Shown in pieces: positions 37,529-52,247 of a stretch of DNA of 64,000 nt. Each line of letters starts with the position of its first letter. Within the stretch, counting starts at the first letter, position 1. The notes under the pieces were generated by a model. That model did not search any database. It was not told the DNA's origin and saw nothing but the letters and a program-made list of their open reading frames with translations. Position numbers and translations under genes: made by a program. Source of the DNA: Octopus sinensis (Eukaryota); the NCBI RefSeq assembly GCF_006345805.1, contig NC_043000.1:26660001-26724000 (forward strand), in the 5' to 3' direction.

Positions 37529-38116
37529 AAGGTGGCGAGCTGGCAGAAACGTTAGCACACCAACAGAGATGCGTAGCCGTATTTCGTCTGCCGTTACGTT
37601 CTGAGTTGAAATTCCGCCGAGGTTGACTTTGCCTTTTATCCTTTCGGGATCGATAAATTAAGTACCATTTACGCACTGGGGTTGATGTAATCGACTTAAT
37701 CCGTGTGTCTGTCATTGTTTGTACTCTCTATGTTTAGCCCTTGTGGGTAGTAAAGAAATAGGTATTTCATCTGCCGCTACGTGCTGAGTTCAAATTCCGC
37801 CGAGGTCGACTTTGCCTTTCATCCTTTCGGGGTCGATTAAATAAGTACCAGCTACGCACTGAGGTCGATGTAATCGACTAAATCCGTTTGTCAGTCCTTG
37901 TTTGCCCTCTCTGTGTTTACCCCCTTGTGGGTAGTAAAGAAATAGGTATTTGGTCTCTCTTAACGTTCTGAGTTCAAATTCAGCCGAGGACAACTTTGCC
38001 TTTCATCCTTTCGAGGCCAATAAATTAAGTACCAGTTGTGTACGTACTGGAGTCGATCTAATCGACTGGCTCCCTCCCCAAAAATTTCGGGCCTCGTGCC
38101 TAGAGTAGAAAAGCAT
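37529..38116 (+). mobile_element. SINE family A, head plus three units with two different tails
   Basis: Units 1-2 end ...TTGTGGGTAGTAAAGAAAT; unit 3 ends ...AAAAATTTCGGGCCTCGTGCCTAGAGTAGAAAAG. Confidence 0.9.
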
Positions 38117-38542
38117 ATTTTGTTTGTTTCTGTATCAAGGACTCTTGTTTCGTTTTAAGTTAAGTAAATGTTCTAAGCTCCTCAATTTATATAATGCCTA
38201 GTGTAGTGTCCAACACTTGTCTGTCCCCTTCCATTCATGTTAGTTCATCGAAAACATATTCAGCACAGTTGGTTGTAAACTGTGTGTTTCTGAATCTTCT
38301 ATGTCCTCTGTTTGTAATTCATATTTTGACTGTTTTTTCCTCACATTTTCATTCCCGAATATTTATTCACGGTTCACAGTACTATTTGCTATTGTTTACT
38401 TTCTACATCTCGCGAGCTTCTTTAATGGTCATGTACGGATTTCCAATTTGGATTTGAAATGTTTTTCAGGTCAATTCTGTATCTGCATATGTTTCAGGTT
38501 CTTTCGAAGAACCACGTCTTTGCAAGATTGATTTATAATCTA

Positions 38543-39377
38543 CTAGCAGTATTGCCCGACTCGTCCGCTCGTGCGTTCTATGCACGCGCGAATTAAGCTA
38601 AACTTGGATGAAGTTCAATCAAAATTCAATTATTTTGGTTTTAAAATCAAGCATTTAATGCCCTCTATTTTTGCGCTTATGTGTTCCATTTCCTCAATAG
38701 GAAGTACGTAGAAGCGTCTCATAAATTTTTATTGATCAAATAATTGCATTGTTGAATTATTCTTTTAGATCAGTATTTCTCAACGGGGATTTCAGGGGAG
38801 AGTTTCAGGTAGTCGCTGGCGATGTATCGTGATGATGAAAAATCCGGCCTGCTAAAATTTGGTTAAAGTGATTCAAACTGCAGACTCAACGCAAAATGGT
38901 CACATTTAATTCAAAGCGTTAAAAATGTTAAGAAAACAATTGGTATATGTTCACAAAGTCCAAACGATTAATACGAAAAAACCCTCCAGGCTACATCCCG
39001 AAAATTCATTTCTTTGCCGAATTTCTACAATGTTTACGGCGATTCGTTTTTATATCTGGATTTTTTAGTTTTCATGCAATTTACGCATGCTTGCACACGT
39101 GGTGAACACAGTTCATGTCAAACAGCTGACTGAGTAAAGTTCACTATTCAATGCTGGGATAAGGCCTAAACAAACACATTATCGATTTTTCCACTTGCGA
39201 GATGAATTTCAGAACAGAAATAGCGCAGTTCAATTTTCATTCGCCTAAACTTTAAGGGACCCATTTTTGGTGGTTCTACGATTTGTTGGCTAGGAGGAGA
39301 TGTGCCTGGAAGTTAAACACATATACACACACACAGATACACACACAGACACACATGTTGAGTTTTATATATATAGA
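38543..39377 (-). mobile_element. Non-autonomous Helitron
   Basis: Minus strand A|TCTATATATATAAAACTC ... CGGGCAATACTGCTAG|T; canonical TC/CTAG ends and AT target; terminal motif shared with 29296-29694. Confidence 0.8.
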
Positions 39378-39869
39378 TTTTCATGTTATTCATATATTTA
39401 TCAGAGTCTTGCGTTTGGATACGGTTCCATTTTGGACTTTTCTGCATAGATTTTTCTCGTAATTATTAAACCATTATTTTTGTTTCTCTTAAATTTCCAT
39501 GGATTTTGCCCTCTTCTCATTCGGTGTCTTCTTTGCAATTTTTCATGAATATGGCTGTCAAATCCTCCGGAAATTTCAGCAAGCATAATTTTATTTCAAA
39601 ATTTCTTCATGTCGTGCTCTTGCAAATTAAGAAAATATAAAAAAGTTATCTGTTCTTAAATTGTCCTGTCAGTATAATGCTAAATTTTCACGTATCGTTG
39701 TCTTTATAGAGAATTCATCCTGAATGCTTCGTATGTTTCGGCCCTTGATTATAGAAAGCATGTTATTGCGACAAAATATAAGTGATTAATTGGTTAACTA
39801 AACGTTTAATGAAAGATTCGGTTAATTACTTGGTTATATAGCTAACCAATTAAGGAATGATAAATAAGT

Positions 39870-40170
39870 GAGATAGAAGCAGAGTGTGTGTGACCAAGGG
39901 TTCAGTCCAACTGCGCGACATCTTGGGCGAGTGTCGTCTACTATAGCTGCGGGCCGGCCAAATATTCGTGAGCAGATATGGCAGTCTGAAACTGAAAGAA
40001 GCCCGAGGCATATATGTAAGTATATACTTATGTGTATGTTTTTGTGTCTGTGTTTGTCCAGCCCCACTCGCTTGAAAATCGATGATGGGGAGTTTACGTC
40101 CCCGTAACTTGGCAGTTCAGCAGAAGTTACTGATAGAATAAGTGCTAGGATTACAAAGAATAAGTCCCTT
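39870..40170 (+). mobile_element. SINE family B, old degenerate copy
   Basis: GGTTCAGTCCAACTGCG, AAACTGAAAGAAGCCCG and TTTACGTCCCCGTAACTT motifs. Confidence 0.75.
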
Positions 40171-40212
40171 GATGAAAAGAAATGATGACATTGAACATCA
40201 TTATTATTATTA

Positions 40213-40273
40213 TTCAATGGTTAAGAGCGCGGGCTACTAACCCCAAGATTCCGAGTTCGATTCCAGAGAGCGA

Positions 40274-40364
<91 letters not shown>

Positions 40365-40610
40365 AAGAAGAAGAGAAGAAGAAGAAGAAGAAGAAGAAAA
40401 AGAAGAAAAAGAAGAAAGATAAGAAGAAGATGAAGCAAAAGAACATCGAAAAGTACCTTAGGGATGAGAACACAGGTTCGAAATTTCCCCAAGACACCTG
40501 ATGAAGGCTGGAGGGTATATTAGCCGAAATGTGCTAACAACAAACAAGATGAGGACAAATATCGTCAAATGTAAATAATGCACAGAATTTTTCATCTCTT
40601 AAATATAGAA

Positions 40611-40615
<5 letters not shown>
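40213..40615 (+). mobile_element. Composite SINE-like element: tRNA-like head + (AAT)n(AAG)n + hammerhead-like tail
   Basis: TCAATGGTTAAGAGCGCGGGCTACTAACCCCAAGATTCCGAGTTCGATTCC head; tail contains ACAC-CTGATGA-A-GGCT..AGCC-GAAA. Confidence 0.6.
40494..40535 (+). ncRNA. Degenerate minimal hammerhead ribozyme (family 3; stem III/cleavage site deleted)
   Basis: CUGAUGA, stem II GGCU/AGCC, GAAA, then only U before GUGC (partner of ACAC). Confidence 0.5.
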
Positions 40616-40651
<36 letters not shown>

Positions 40652-41419
40652 CATACACACAAATACACATATACATATATGTGTGTGTGTGTATGTGTGT
40701 GTATGTATGTCGAACTCCATTTGACCTTTCTTTAAACACGCGCTTAAATGATCATTTCAAAAAATAGTATTACTAACATTTCTTAGTGATTGGAAAAAAT
40801 GAAACCCAAACGACAGTTATTTATTCTAAATCCCCCCTAGCAATAATCAATTTTATTTTAAGTCTTAATTTGAAACAGGCATTCCTCACCACTACCAAAC
40901 CCACCCTTATCTAAATTACAACTATCAAGTCCACCTCCTACCCCCTGCCGACTTCTCCTCCTGCTCCGCCTTCCCATCATCATCATCATCATCATCATTA
41001 TCATCATCATCAACTTTATATATATTGAAATACATTAACGCCAGTCTATTAATATTATAATAGTAACAGTTCTTTTTGTTTTCCTATTCAATTAAAACAT
41101 CTATTAATATGTTTCACACAACCCAACCGAATATTTAGATGTTCTTATTTATAGCTTTGTAGGATGTGATTCGAGATCTTTCCAAAAACAAAACATAACA
41201 AAGCAATCATTTCACCTTTTCTTGAAAGTTTATAAAATTCTTGACATCAACGACATGTCTATGTATCTATATATCATATGAATACACATATGATTGATGC
41301 TCATGTCGTGAATGACAAACGAAGGTTCAATAAAATAAAGTATTACTCATGTTCTATGGACACGAATGTATCTCTTGAGTCTTGCTGGTACCTTATAAAC
41401 ATTTTGGCAAATGGTACAA

Positions 41420-42270
41420 GTTGAGGACTCAGTTTGCTTGAGTGCTTGTGGATCATTTACTATGTGTTTTTTTTGAGTGGACAAGAAGGACTGATTTGTT
41501 TCGTGCCACAAAACCACAATGGCAGGTGAGGTTTACATTTAGGGGAGCATCGTTTTGCCAGCATACCTTCATGCTTCCCGAAGTTGATCCCGATGTTGGA
41601 GCCAACTTTGCTCAAATCTTTGAACAGAGGAGACGCAGTACTGATCTAGGTCCTACGTTCTAATGCTTTGTTTTCCCAGGAAGAAAATGGAATGTTGTAT
41701 TGCTTTAGATTGTCTTTTAGTTTCTCTTTGAAGCGCATGAATGGCCTTCCAACTGACCATCACGTTGGGAATTGATCAAAGCGAAGTTGCTTCGGAATTC
41801 TGATATCACTCATACATAAGAGATGACCTGACTATCTAAGCTGTATTTTGATGAAGATAGCTTCAATACCTGTTATGTTGCATTTTGTAAGTACCTCACT
41901 GTTATGGATATGGTCATTCAGATTTATGTTGGAGATAGTAACAAACATTGTATATGAATAGCGTCAAGCACCATAAAACAATGTTCTCAAGACCACCGAC
42001 TTATATACATCGATTTTCACATTCAAACATATGTCGTGACTGTGACAAAGCTTACCGAAAGTTGAACTAGCCTTTCCGATGCTGGCCTCAATTTCTTTAT
42101 CCATCTTAGGATCACTGGACACAATGGAACCAAGATAAGTGAAGGCAGAAAGGGTTTTTAATACTTTCCCATCAATATACACAGTTGGGGCAACAGTGGG
42201 ATCATGGTCACAAATGGGCTGATGGACAAGCTCAGTTTTCTTTCGATGCTGATGGCCAGACCAAAGCTTT
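41420..42270 (-). mobile_element. RTE-clade LINE, decayed 3' fragment
   Basis: KKTELVHQP...VYIDGKVLKTLSAFTYLGSIVSSDPKMDKEIEASIGKASSTFGKL...VYKSVVLRTLFYGA. Confidence 0.85.
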
Positions 42271-42281
42271 CTATACACACG

Positions 42282-42349
<68 letters not shown>

Positions 42350-42774
42350 GGATAATATATCCTTATAGACGAGTATATTTATGTTTTACACACAAGTACA
42401 TGTATCTCTGTGTGCTTGTGTAGTATTTCTGTATGTATTTTACTTTGTGGCTAAGCACAGGTAAAGCAATAGATAAACTGGTATGTTAATTTGGCGACTC
42501 CAATGAAGCTGGACGTCAGATCCTCTCTCGACAAAACACACTATCATGTCTTACCTCACTAAGGACGGAGACATCTTAGTCTGAATTTCTAACCGTATCA
42601 TTTGTATAGGAGAGTTTAAGAAATTTCTTAGCAGCGTTTTTTAACAATTTATTAAAGAGGGATAGCTTTTTTCAAGACACAATTTAGAGGAGGGTATTCT
42701 CGAACCGGAAGCCTAGGCCAAATGCTGGAGACAGAGTAGGCTTCACTATATGTACCCAAGGTATCAATGGTAGT

Positions 42775-43035
42775 GTAAAACCTGACAACGGATTAAGTCT
42801 ACTAGCTACGTAGGCTGTGGTGAGATTTGATCTCAGAACCTAAACAGCCTGAACAATCACGGCAAAGCATTTTGTCTGATTTTCATACACTGCCAAATCT
42901 ATCGCCTTGGATTGATACTTTTTTATCGACCCTGAAAAGATTAAATGCAAGGTTACCTCTCCGCGATTTGAACTCAGACCGCATTAAGTTAGATCAAATA
43001 TGCTGACATTTGCTTTGTCACTATAACCTCTCTAC
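42775..43035 (-). mobile_element. Two highly degenerate SINE family A copies
   Basis: GATTTGATCTCAGAAC, TTTATCGACCCTGAAAAGAT and GATTTGAACTCAG remnants. Confidence 0.55.
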
Positions 43036-43099
43036 CAATTCGTTTACCAGAGTCTACAAAGAACAAAGGATGAGACTAATTCATGCTCTGAAATAATGC

Positions 43100-43780
43100 G
43101 TAGTAAATTCGTTTCTACTTTGGTTACATTTTGTGGTATAAGAAGTGAAGCCCATAAATTTCTTTTAGCATTGGATGTGTATTGCGTGAATGATTTCTTA
43201 CCAAACTTGGAATTTTATCTAATTGTTCTTGAAATCTTATAGAAAGTGTTTGTGTCACCGAAACATACAATAAATAGATGTGGCTAAACGCGAACACGGA
43301 AGATATTGATTTTAAAGGTTCGGCTTAAACCAGTTATCCAAATATTGGCCTGTTCGTTGCAAGCTGACCCTGACATTGCCTTCTGGGTGAAGAAATCCTT
43401 TTATGAGCTCATCACAGGTATTCTAGATATTTAAAATCATCCATATAAAGAAAGAACTTTGATGTAATTGCAGCAATTCTGCAAGGTGATAATTTAACGC
43501 CTTCCGTTTTATCATTGTCATTCATTATGTATCTCGAGTATCAGCGGATGCGTTGAATAGTAAAGGTCTTCAATTTACTCCAAGGCAAAGCTTCATGCTA
43601 TACATCCGTACATTAAGCCCATACAGGATTTGCATATGAGCTAGAGCTACCAGGTATTTCATTACATGATGCACAACATCTATTAATCTCTCACGAGATA
43701 AGTTAACTGCAAGGTTCTAAGTAAATCACTGAAAAACGGAGTGCATTTAAATTTGTCATCGGAAGATACAATAACAAATG
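43100..43780 (+). mobile_element. RTE-X-like LINE RT relic
   Basis: NFDVIAAILQGDNLTPSVL (cf. GVLQGDTLAPFLF); otherwise heavily decayed. Confidence 0.5.
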
Positions 43781-43789
43781 AAACCCTTC

Positions 43790-44121
43790 GGGTGGTAATG
43801 CATTTAAGTGTAGATAGTAAGGTATGTTGCAATCACGATCAGGAGATTGTGGTTTCGATTTCCAGACAGGCTGTGCGTTGTGCTGTTGAGTAAAACGCTT
43901 CCTTTCACGCTGGTTCAGTCCACTCAGCTGAAAACGAGCAACCTTGTGACGGATTAGTCTCCCGATCAGGGGGAATGCTGGCTTGCTCGCCTAGCCAGTC
44001 GGGTGGCATCATTCGAAAGCTAAACCAATGCAAAGCGCATTGTGACCAGCAATGTATATCAACAGCTAAAAGTCTGGTCAGTCATGTGATCAAATGATAT
44101 ATATGTATATATATATATATA

Positions 44122-44187
<66 letters not shown>

Positions 44188-44189
44188 TA

Positions 44190-44266
<77 letters not shown>

Positions 44267-44445
44267 ATATATATATATTGACCTGCGGGGTGACGTCATT
44301 TGAAGGCCAAAACAATGCGAAGCACATTGTGACCAGCGATGTGTAGCAACATATGATAGCCTAGTCGGTCACGTGATCACGTGATATATATATATATATA
44401 ATATATGTATATATATGTATATGTATATATATGTATATGTATATA

Positions 44446-44487
<42 letters not shown>

Positions 44488-44800
44488 TACATGCGTATAT
44501 ACGTGTATGTGTGTGTGTGTGTGTGAAGGCAGGTAGCCCAGTCGTTAGAGAGTTTTACTCACAATCTAGCGTTTGGGGTTCAATTCTCAGTTCAAGTTCC
44601 TCATTGTGCTCTTCAGCAAAACGCTACATATTAATTTATCCCAGTCCACTCGGTTGCAAATGAGTAACCCTGCAAAGGACTAGCCTGCTGATCACTTTGG
44701 CCTGTTCACTAGCCAGTGGGGTGACATCATTTGAAAGCTAAACCGATTCAAAGTGCATTGTGACTAGCGATGTATTACAATATCCGATAGCCTGTTCGAT
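43790..44800 (+). mobile_element. Three related copies of a tRNA-derived SINE family E (V-domain-like) separated by (TA)n: ~43790-44090, 44280-44390, 44525-44800
   Basis: GGTTTCGATTTCC B-box; CCTTGTGACGGATTAGTCTCCCGATCAGGGGGAAT V-like segment; shared tail CATCATT.GAA.GC.AAA.CAATGC.AAG..CATTGTGACCAGC. Confidence 0.65.
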
Positions 44801-44819
44801 CTTTTGATGACAAACATAT

Positions 44820-45125
44820 TCTTTTATTCTTTCTCTTGTTTCAGTCATTTGACCGCGGCCATGATGGAGCACCGATTTTAGTCGAACAAATCAACCTCAG
44901 GACTTTTTCTTTGTAAGCCTAGTACTTATTCTATCGATCTCTCTTACCGAACCTCTAAGTTACGGTGAGGTAAACACACCAGAATCGATTATCAAGCGAT
45001 GGTGCGGGGACAAACACAGACACACAAACACACACACACACACATATGAAAATATATATACGACAGGCTTCTTTCAGTTTCCGTCTACCAAATCCACTCA
45101 CAAGGCCTTGGTCACCCCGAAGCTA
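44820..45125 (-). mobile_element. SINE family B, 5'-truncated
   Basis: Reverse complement of the family body and tail. Confidence 0.85.
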
Positions 45126-45174
45126 TAGCGTTTATATACGTTTATTATTATTATCATTATTATTATGTATGTAT

Positions 45175-46780
<1,606 letters not shown>

Positions 46781-46802
46781 ATATATATATATATATATAA
46801 TG

Positions 46803-46949
46803 TTAGAGACAGAACCACCTTCAACTCAACACTGATTCAGAATTCAGAAGAGATATAGTTAGTATAAAATTTAATTCTTAACATTTTACGGAGTGGTCGG
46901 GTATAAAATCTTTCAGTGTTGATTGAGTTGAATGTGGTTCTGTCTCTAA
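46803..46949. mobile_element. Small MITE-like inverted repeat element
   Basis: TTAGAGACAGAACCACCTTCAACTCAACACTGA ... TCAGTGTTGATTGAGTTGAATGTGGTTCTGTCTCTAA. Confidence 0.7.
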
Positions 46950-47593
46950 AATTACTTTTATAAATACGAATTAAACATTGAGAGATGTTCATTTTAGTAC
47001 ATCTAATTTGAATGTGTTTTTCTTGTGTACTCGAAAGTAATATTCCCTAATAAAAACTAATGTGGACAGCTGTTGTGCAGGCAGAGTATTGATAATTCCT
47101 ATTAGGGTGAACGTGTGCAATCCAGTGTTGTAGCTTTGTTTCTCTCATGGGACAGTCGTCTACTCTGCCAGTATGTAGGAATTTGCTTTTACGCTGCTCT
47201 AAGTGGTTTAACTCTTATTTCTAGCAATATATGTGCTCGTAGTACATGCAATAACAATTAGTGTTGGCTATATATAAATACATACATACATACATATATG
47301 TATGTATGGATGTATGTGTGAATGTATGTAGAAGAAAGGCACGAGGAGAGGGAGAATAATGAAAATGAATTTAAAAAGAAAACGAAGCTATATAAGAAAG
47401 AGAATGTTACACACGCGCACACAGACACAGCATATAAAACAACGAAATTTATAAATAACCCCCAAATTCAATTATTGATATTTCAAAAGTTAATCACATG
47501 GTTCAGATACTTTTTCGTGACACCGAGTATTCTATAACAAACTTTGCAAATTTACGTTTAGTATACTTTATATATATATATATATGTGTATAT

Positions 47594-47695
<102 letters not shown>

Positions 47696-47861
47696 AATAT
47701 ATATGTGTATATATATATATATATGTATATGTATATATATATATACATATATATTTATAAATATACACATACATATATATATTATATATATATATATACA
47801 TATATATTTATATATATATATATATATACATACATATAAACACACAGAGGCACAAACACAC

Positions 47862-47917
<56 letters not shown>

Positions 47918-48219
47918 CATACATTCTTATAGTTATTAAAAAAATGTGAGCTGTTTTTTCTGATTAATTATCCGCCAAGAAAACCTGAAAAGGTCACAAG
48001 ATGAAATTAGCCATCATAATAGTAAACCCACTAAGATGCCTAATATTTTCTTACTGCAGGCATATCTAATCTTAAATTGTTTCGTCATACCCCTTTGCGA
48101 TGTGATATCGAATTTTTTAAATATAAAGAATTAATGGAAAAATATACCCTAACTACACTTGATTTATGGCACTCTTCGTTGGTCTAGGCAACCATTTAAA
48201 AAAAAAGACCAAACTTACA

Positions 48220-48620
48220 ATCCTTTCTACTATAGGCTTAAGGCCTGAAATTTGGGGTGGGAGAATAGTTGATTACATCGACCCCCAGATCGTAACTGTT
48301 ATCCACCTCGAAAGAATGAAAAGCAAAGTCGACTTCAGCGGAATTTGAAGTGAGAACGTAGCGGTAGACGAAATACATCTAAGCATTTCGCCCGGCGTGC
48401 TAACGATTCTTTTTCACTCTAGGTACAAGGTCCGAAATTTTTGGGGAGGGGGGCCAATCGATTATGTCGACTCCAGTAGACAGCTGGTACTTAATTCATC
48501 GACTCCAAAAGGATGAAAGGCTAAGTCGACGTTGGCGGAATTTGAACTGAGAACATAGCGGCAGACGAAATACAGCTAAACATTTCTCCCGGCGTGCTAG
48601 CGATTCTGCCAGCTCGGCGC
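48220..48620 (-). mobile_element. SINE family A, head plus two units
   Basis: Family core twice; tails of the ..GGCCTTGTACCTAGAGTGAAAAAGAAT type. Confidence 0.8.
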
Positions 48621-49164
48621 CTTACGAGAGACCAAGATAATAACGAAGTGGAAACTCAACCATTTAATCGCGATGCAGCATTGCAGTTCCAATCAAGAAA
48701 TTTCAAACGTACGCTGGTGCTTGCTATGTATAGATTTCTTCTTGTTGTCATACATCATACTTCCCCAGAAAGCTCCTACGTAGCGCTTAATTTAATCCTG
48801 ATGGTGCTAAGCGCCATATTGTTTCTATACGGTATAGGTTGGCGAAGATCAAACGCTGTGAAGACATTTCCTTATTGCTGAGAAGTAAACCTTCTATGGA
48901 ATATTAGCCGACTTATATTGATATGACTTCTACATGACTCACTCATTGGACTGCGTCCATGCTGGGCATTCTCTTCACGGGTTTAGTCGAATAAATCGAC
49001 TCCAACATTTATGATGTTGCTGGTTTTTGGGAAACTCGAATTTATTAGATCTTTTTATTTTGCCGAACGGTGATGTAAACAAACCAACACCGTTTGTCAA
49101 ATGATGATGGTAGAGGAAGACGACGAGAAGCATAGAGACAAAGATACATATAAATACATATATA

Positions 49165-50120
49165 CAGGGTGGGCCATAAAGATCTTCCACATTTGGAGGA
49201 CGTATGGACGTAAGTAGAAGCAGAGAAGCGGGACGAGTTTCATTTAGGAGGCTAAAATCTGCCAGTTTTGTATTCATTTTTAATTACTCAAGAACTTCTT
49301 TCTCTTTTTGGGATCTACCATTTTCATATTCATCATAGATTACTCAAATACTTTGAGGGTGGCCGGCAAGGTCACCAGATTTAAGCCTTTCTGCCTTTTT
49401 TTTCCTTTGGGGATACCTAGAGGAAAACGTTTTCAGACATCGTTCTCGAACTCTTGAAGATTTGAAAGAAAGGATTCGTGAGGAAATCAACGCAATACCA
49501 CCTGAGATGGCACAGAGAGTTATGGAGAACTTTCGGGAACGACTGCATCAATGTACTGATAAAAACGGCCGCAATTTGCTTAATATAGTTTTTAAAATCC
49601 ATTAAAATATACTGTTATTTACTTTTCAGAAACAATAAACTTTTTCCTCTATGGTTGTGTTCTTTACTCTCTTTTTACTCTTTTACTTGTTTCAGTCATT
49701 TGACTGCGGCCATGCTGGAGCACCGCCTTTAGTCGAGCAAATCGACCCCGGGACTTATTCTTTGTAAGCCCAGTACTTATTCTATCGGTCGCTTTTGCCG
49801 AACCGCTAAGTGACGGGGACGTAAACATACCAGCAACGGTTGTCAAGCAATGCTAGGGGAACAACCACAGACACACAAACACACACACGCATATATATAT
49901 ACATATATACGACAGGCTTCTTTCAGTTTCCGTCTACCAAATCCACTCACAAGGCATTAGTCGGCCCGGGGCTATAGCAGAAGACACTTGCCCAAGATGC
50001 CACGCAGTGGGACTGAACCCGGAACCATGTGTTTAGTTAGCAAGCTACTTACCAGACAGCCACTCCCGCGCCTTTCTTTATATTCATTCATAATGTGGGC
50101 GATCTTTATGTTCCACCCTG
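49165..50120 (+). mobile_element. Internally deleted Tc1/mariner-superfamily element interrupted by a SINE B
   Basis: TA|CAGGGTGGGCCATAAAGATC ... GATCTTTATGTTCCACCCTG TIRs; transposase C-terminus WPARSPDL...FLWGYLEENVFRHRSRTLEDLKERIREEINAIPPEMAQRVMENFRERL. Confidence 0.85.
49652..50072 (-). mobile_element. SINE family B, full length
   Basis: Reverse complement of head, body and tail. Confidence 0.9.
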
Positions 50121-50154
50121 CACATAGAAATACACGATGAGGTCCACACAGTTT

Positions 50155-50342
50155 CCTATTTCTTTATTGCCTACAAGGGGCTAAACATAGAGGGGAAAAA
50201 CAAGATTAAGTCGATTAAGTACCAGTGCGTAACTGGTACTTAATTTATCGAGTCGACCTCGGCGAAATATGAACTCAGAACGCAGCGGCGGACAAAATGC
50301 CACAAAGCATTTCGCCCGGCGCGCTAACGTTTCTGCCAGTTT
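50155..50342 (-). mobile_element. SINE family A with internal deletions
   Basis: Head and tail motifs present; core partly missing. Confidence 0.75.
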
Positions 50343-51084
50343 CCGTCCATCAAATTCACTCATTGGTCGATCCGTGTCAGACCAATGAAAAAGAAAAAAA
50401 AATTGATGATGGAGCCGCGAAGTGGGAGAGAACCGGGGACCACATGGTTGCAAAGCCTGCTGACTGCTAATACATTAATTTTATAGTTAGTGTCTGCCAA
50501 CTGTATACTATTTAACACGGTCATAAACGAATTGATAAGGAATACACTCTCCAGCTAATGGGGCCTGGGATGTATTATATGATGAGCAGTACTTCATCAT
50601 ATTTGGTATTGTATCATCATGTATGTTGCTGTATCAAGAGATTTGGATAGGCTCAGTCTATCGGGATGAGAATTAAATATTAAGAAGAGCAGGGTCAGAT
50701 AGTCTCGAATCAGCTATTAATGTGAATAGATAATTGGTTTGTTCTCTAGTTGCAAATATTTCGGAATTTTGCCAGGCTCACTTCAACGTGTCTGTTTTTT
50801 ATTGGTTAGCGATAGTCTGTGTGCTACAACGTAGCAAATATTACTACTTCATAGAAATACTACCCCAATCGATAGCAGTGAAACGAGCTAAAACTGAAGA
50901 TAACAAAAAATTATGTATATATGTACATATAAATATATAAAAAATAAACGTGTGTTTGTGTGTGTATCTGTGTATGCATACGAATATTAAATAGAAAAAT
51001 TAGCCACGCACACACACAGCGCAAACACGTATATTTATAAACATATATATATGTATGCTTGTATATATACATATATATATATAT

Positions 51085-51139
<55 letters not shown>

Positions 51140-51248
51140 TATGCTTGTATATATACACACACAAATATATATATATATACACACACACACATATATATAC
51201 ATATACATATGTATATATAGATATAAATGTATGCTTATGTATATATAT

Positions 51249-51288
<40 letters not shown>

Positions 51289-51951
51289 GAGAGTATTTAA
51301 TGCATTCAGATATTTGTATATGTGTGTTTAAAGATATTGTTATATACATACATACATGTACATATATATATATACACACACACATACACACACACACATA
51401 TACATACTACATACGTAGACATATATAAATATACATTCACATAGTTAATATCGAGAATATCACGTGGAAAAAAGTTAAAATTATTGATTGACCGTAGAAT
51501 TTTTTTTCTTTTTTCGGAATTTGCATATATCCTGCGTCAAGTTAAAATGCATGATCTTGAATCATATTGACAATTTGTCGACCACATTTTTCATAAAATA
51601 TTCGTCAAACACCAATAACAAATTTACAGCACGTTTTTTCAGCATTGCTTTGCTTCTTTCTCTCTCTATACTTTAGTTTCTTACACAAATTCAGCATTCT
51701 TTTGAAATTTCTTTACTATTCGATTCACGACCAGATAACGAATAGGAAAATCGGGCGCGTTTAACAAAAGATGCTTCGCAAAATATCTAACAAGAATTGA
51801 GAGTCTTGGAGCCAAGAGTAGACAGCTGTCACTCTGGCTATTGGTACAAATAATTAACAATTGATAACAGAGTTGTTCCACCATTTATTTCCTGAGAGGC
51901 GTGAGAAATAGCATTGCAGTTTTATGGATTGGTATACTTACGTATATATAA

Positions 51952-52070
<119 letters not shown>

Positions 52071-52197
52071 GTGTTTCTGTGTGTATGCATGCATGGATGT
52101 ATGTATAAATGAATGTATATATATATATATGGATGTTTGCAGGAATGTATGTGTTGACGTGCATCTGTACGCATATATCTATATCTATCTATCTATC

Positions 52198-52247
<50 letters not shown>

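Noticed and set aside
51681-51884. Minus-strand ORF MVEQLCYQ... and a near-palindromic GACAGCTGTCA site
   Set aside because: Short ORF without homology or clear splice signals; a single motif is not enough to call an enhancer.
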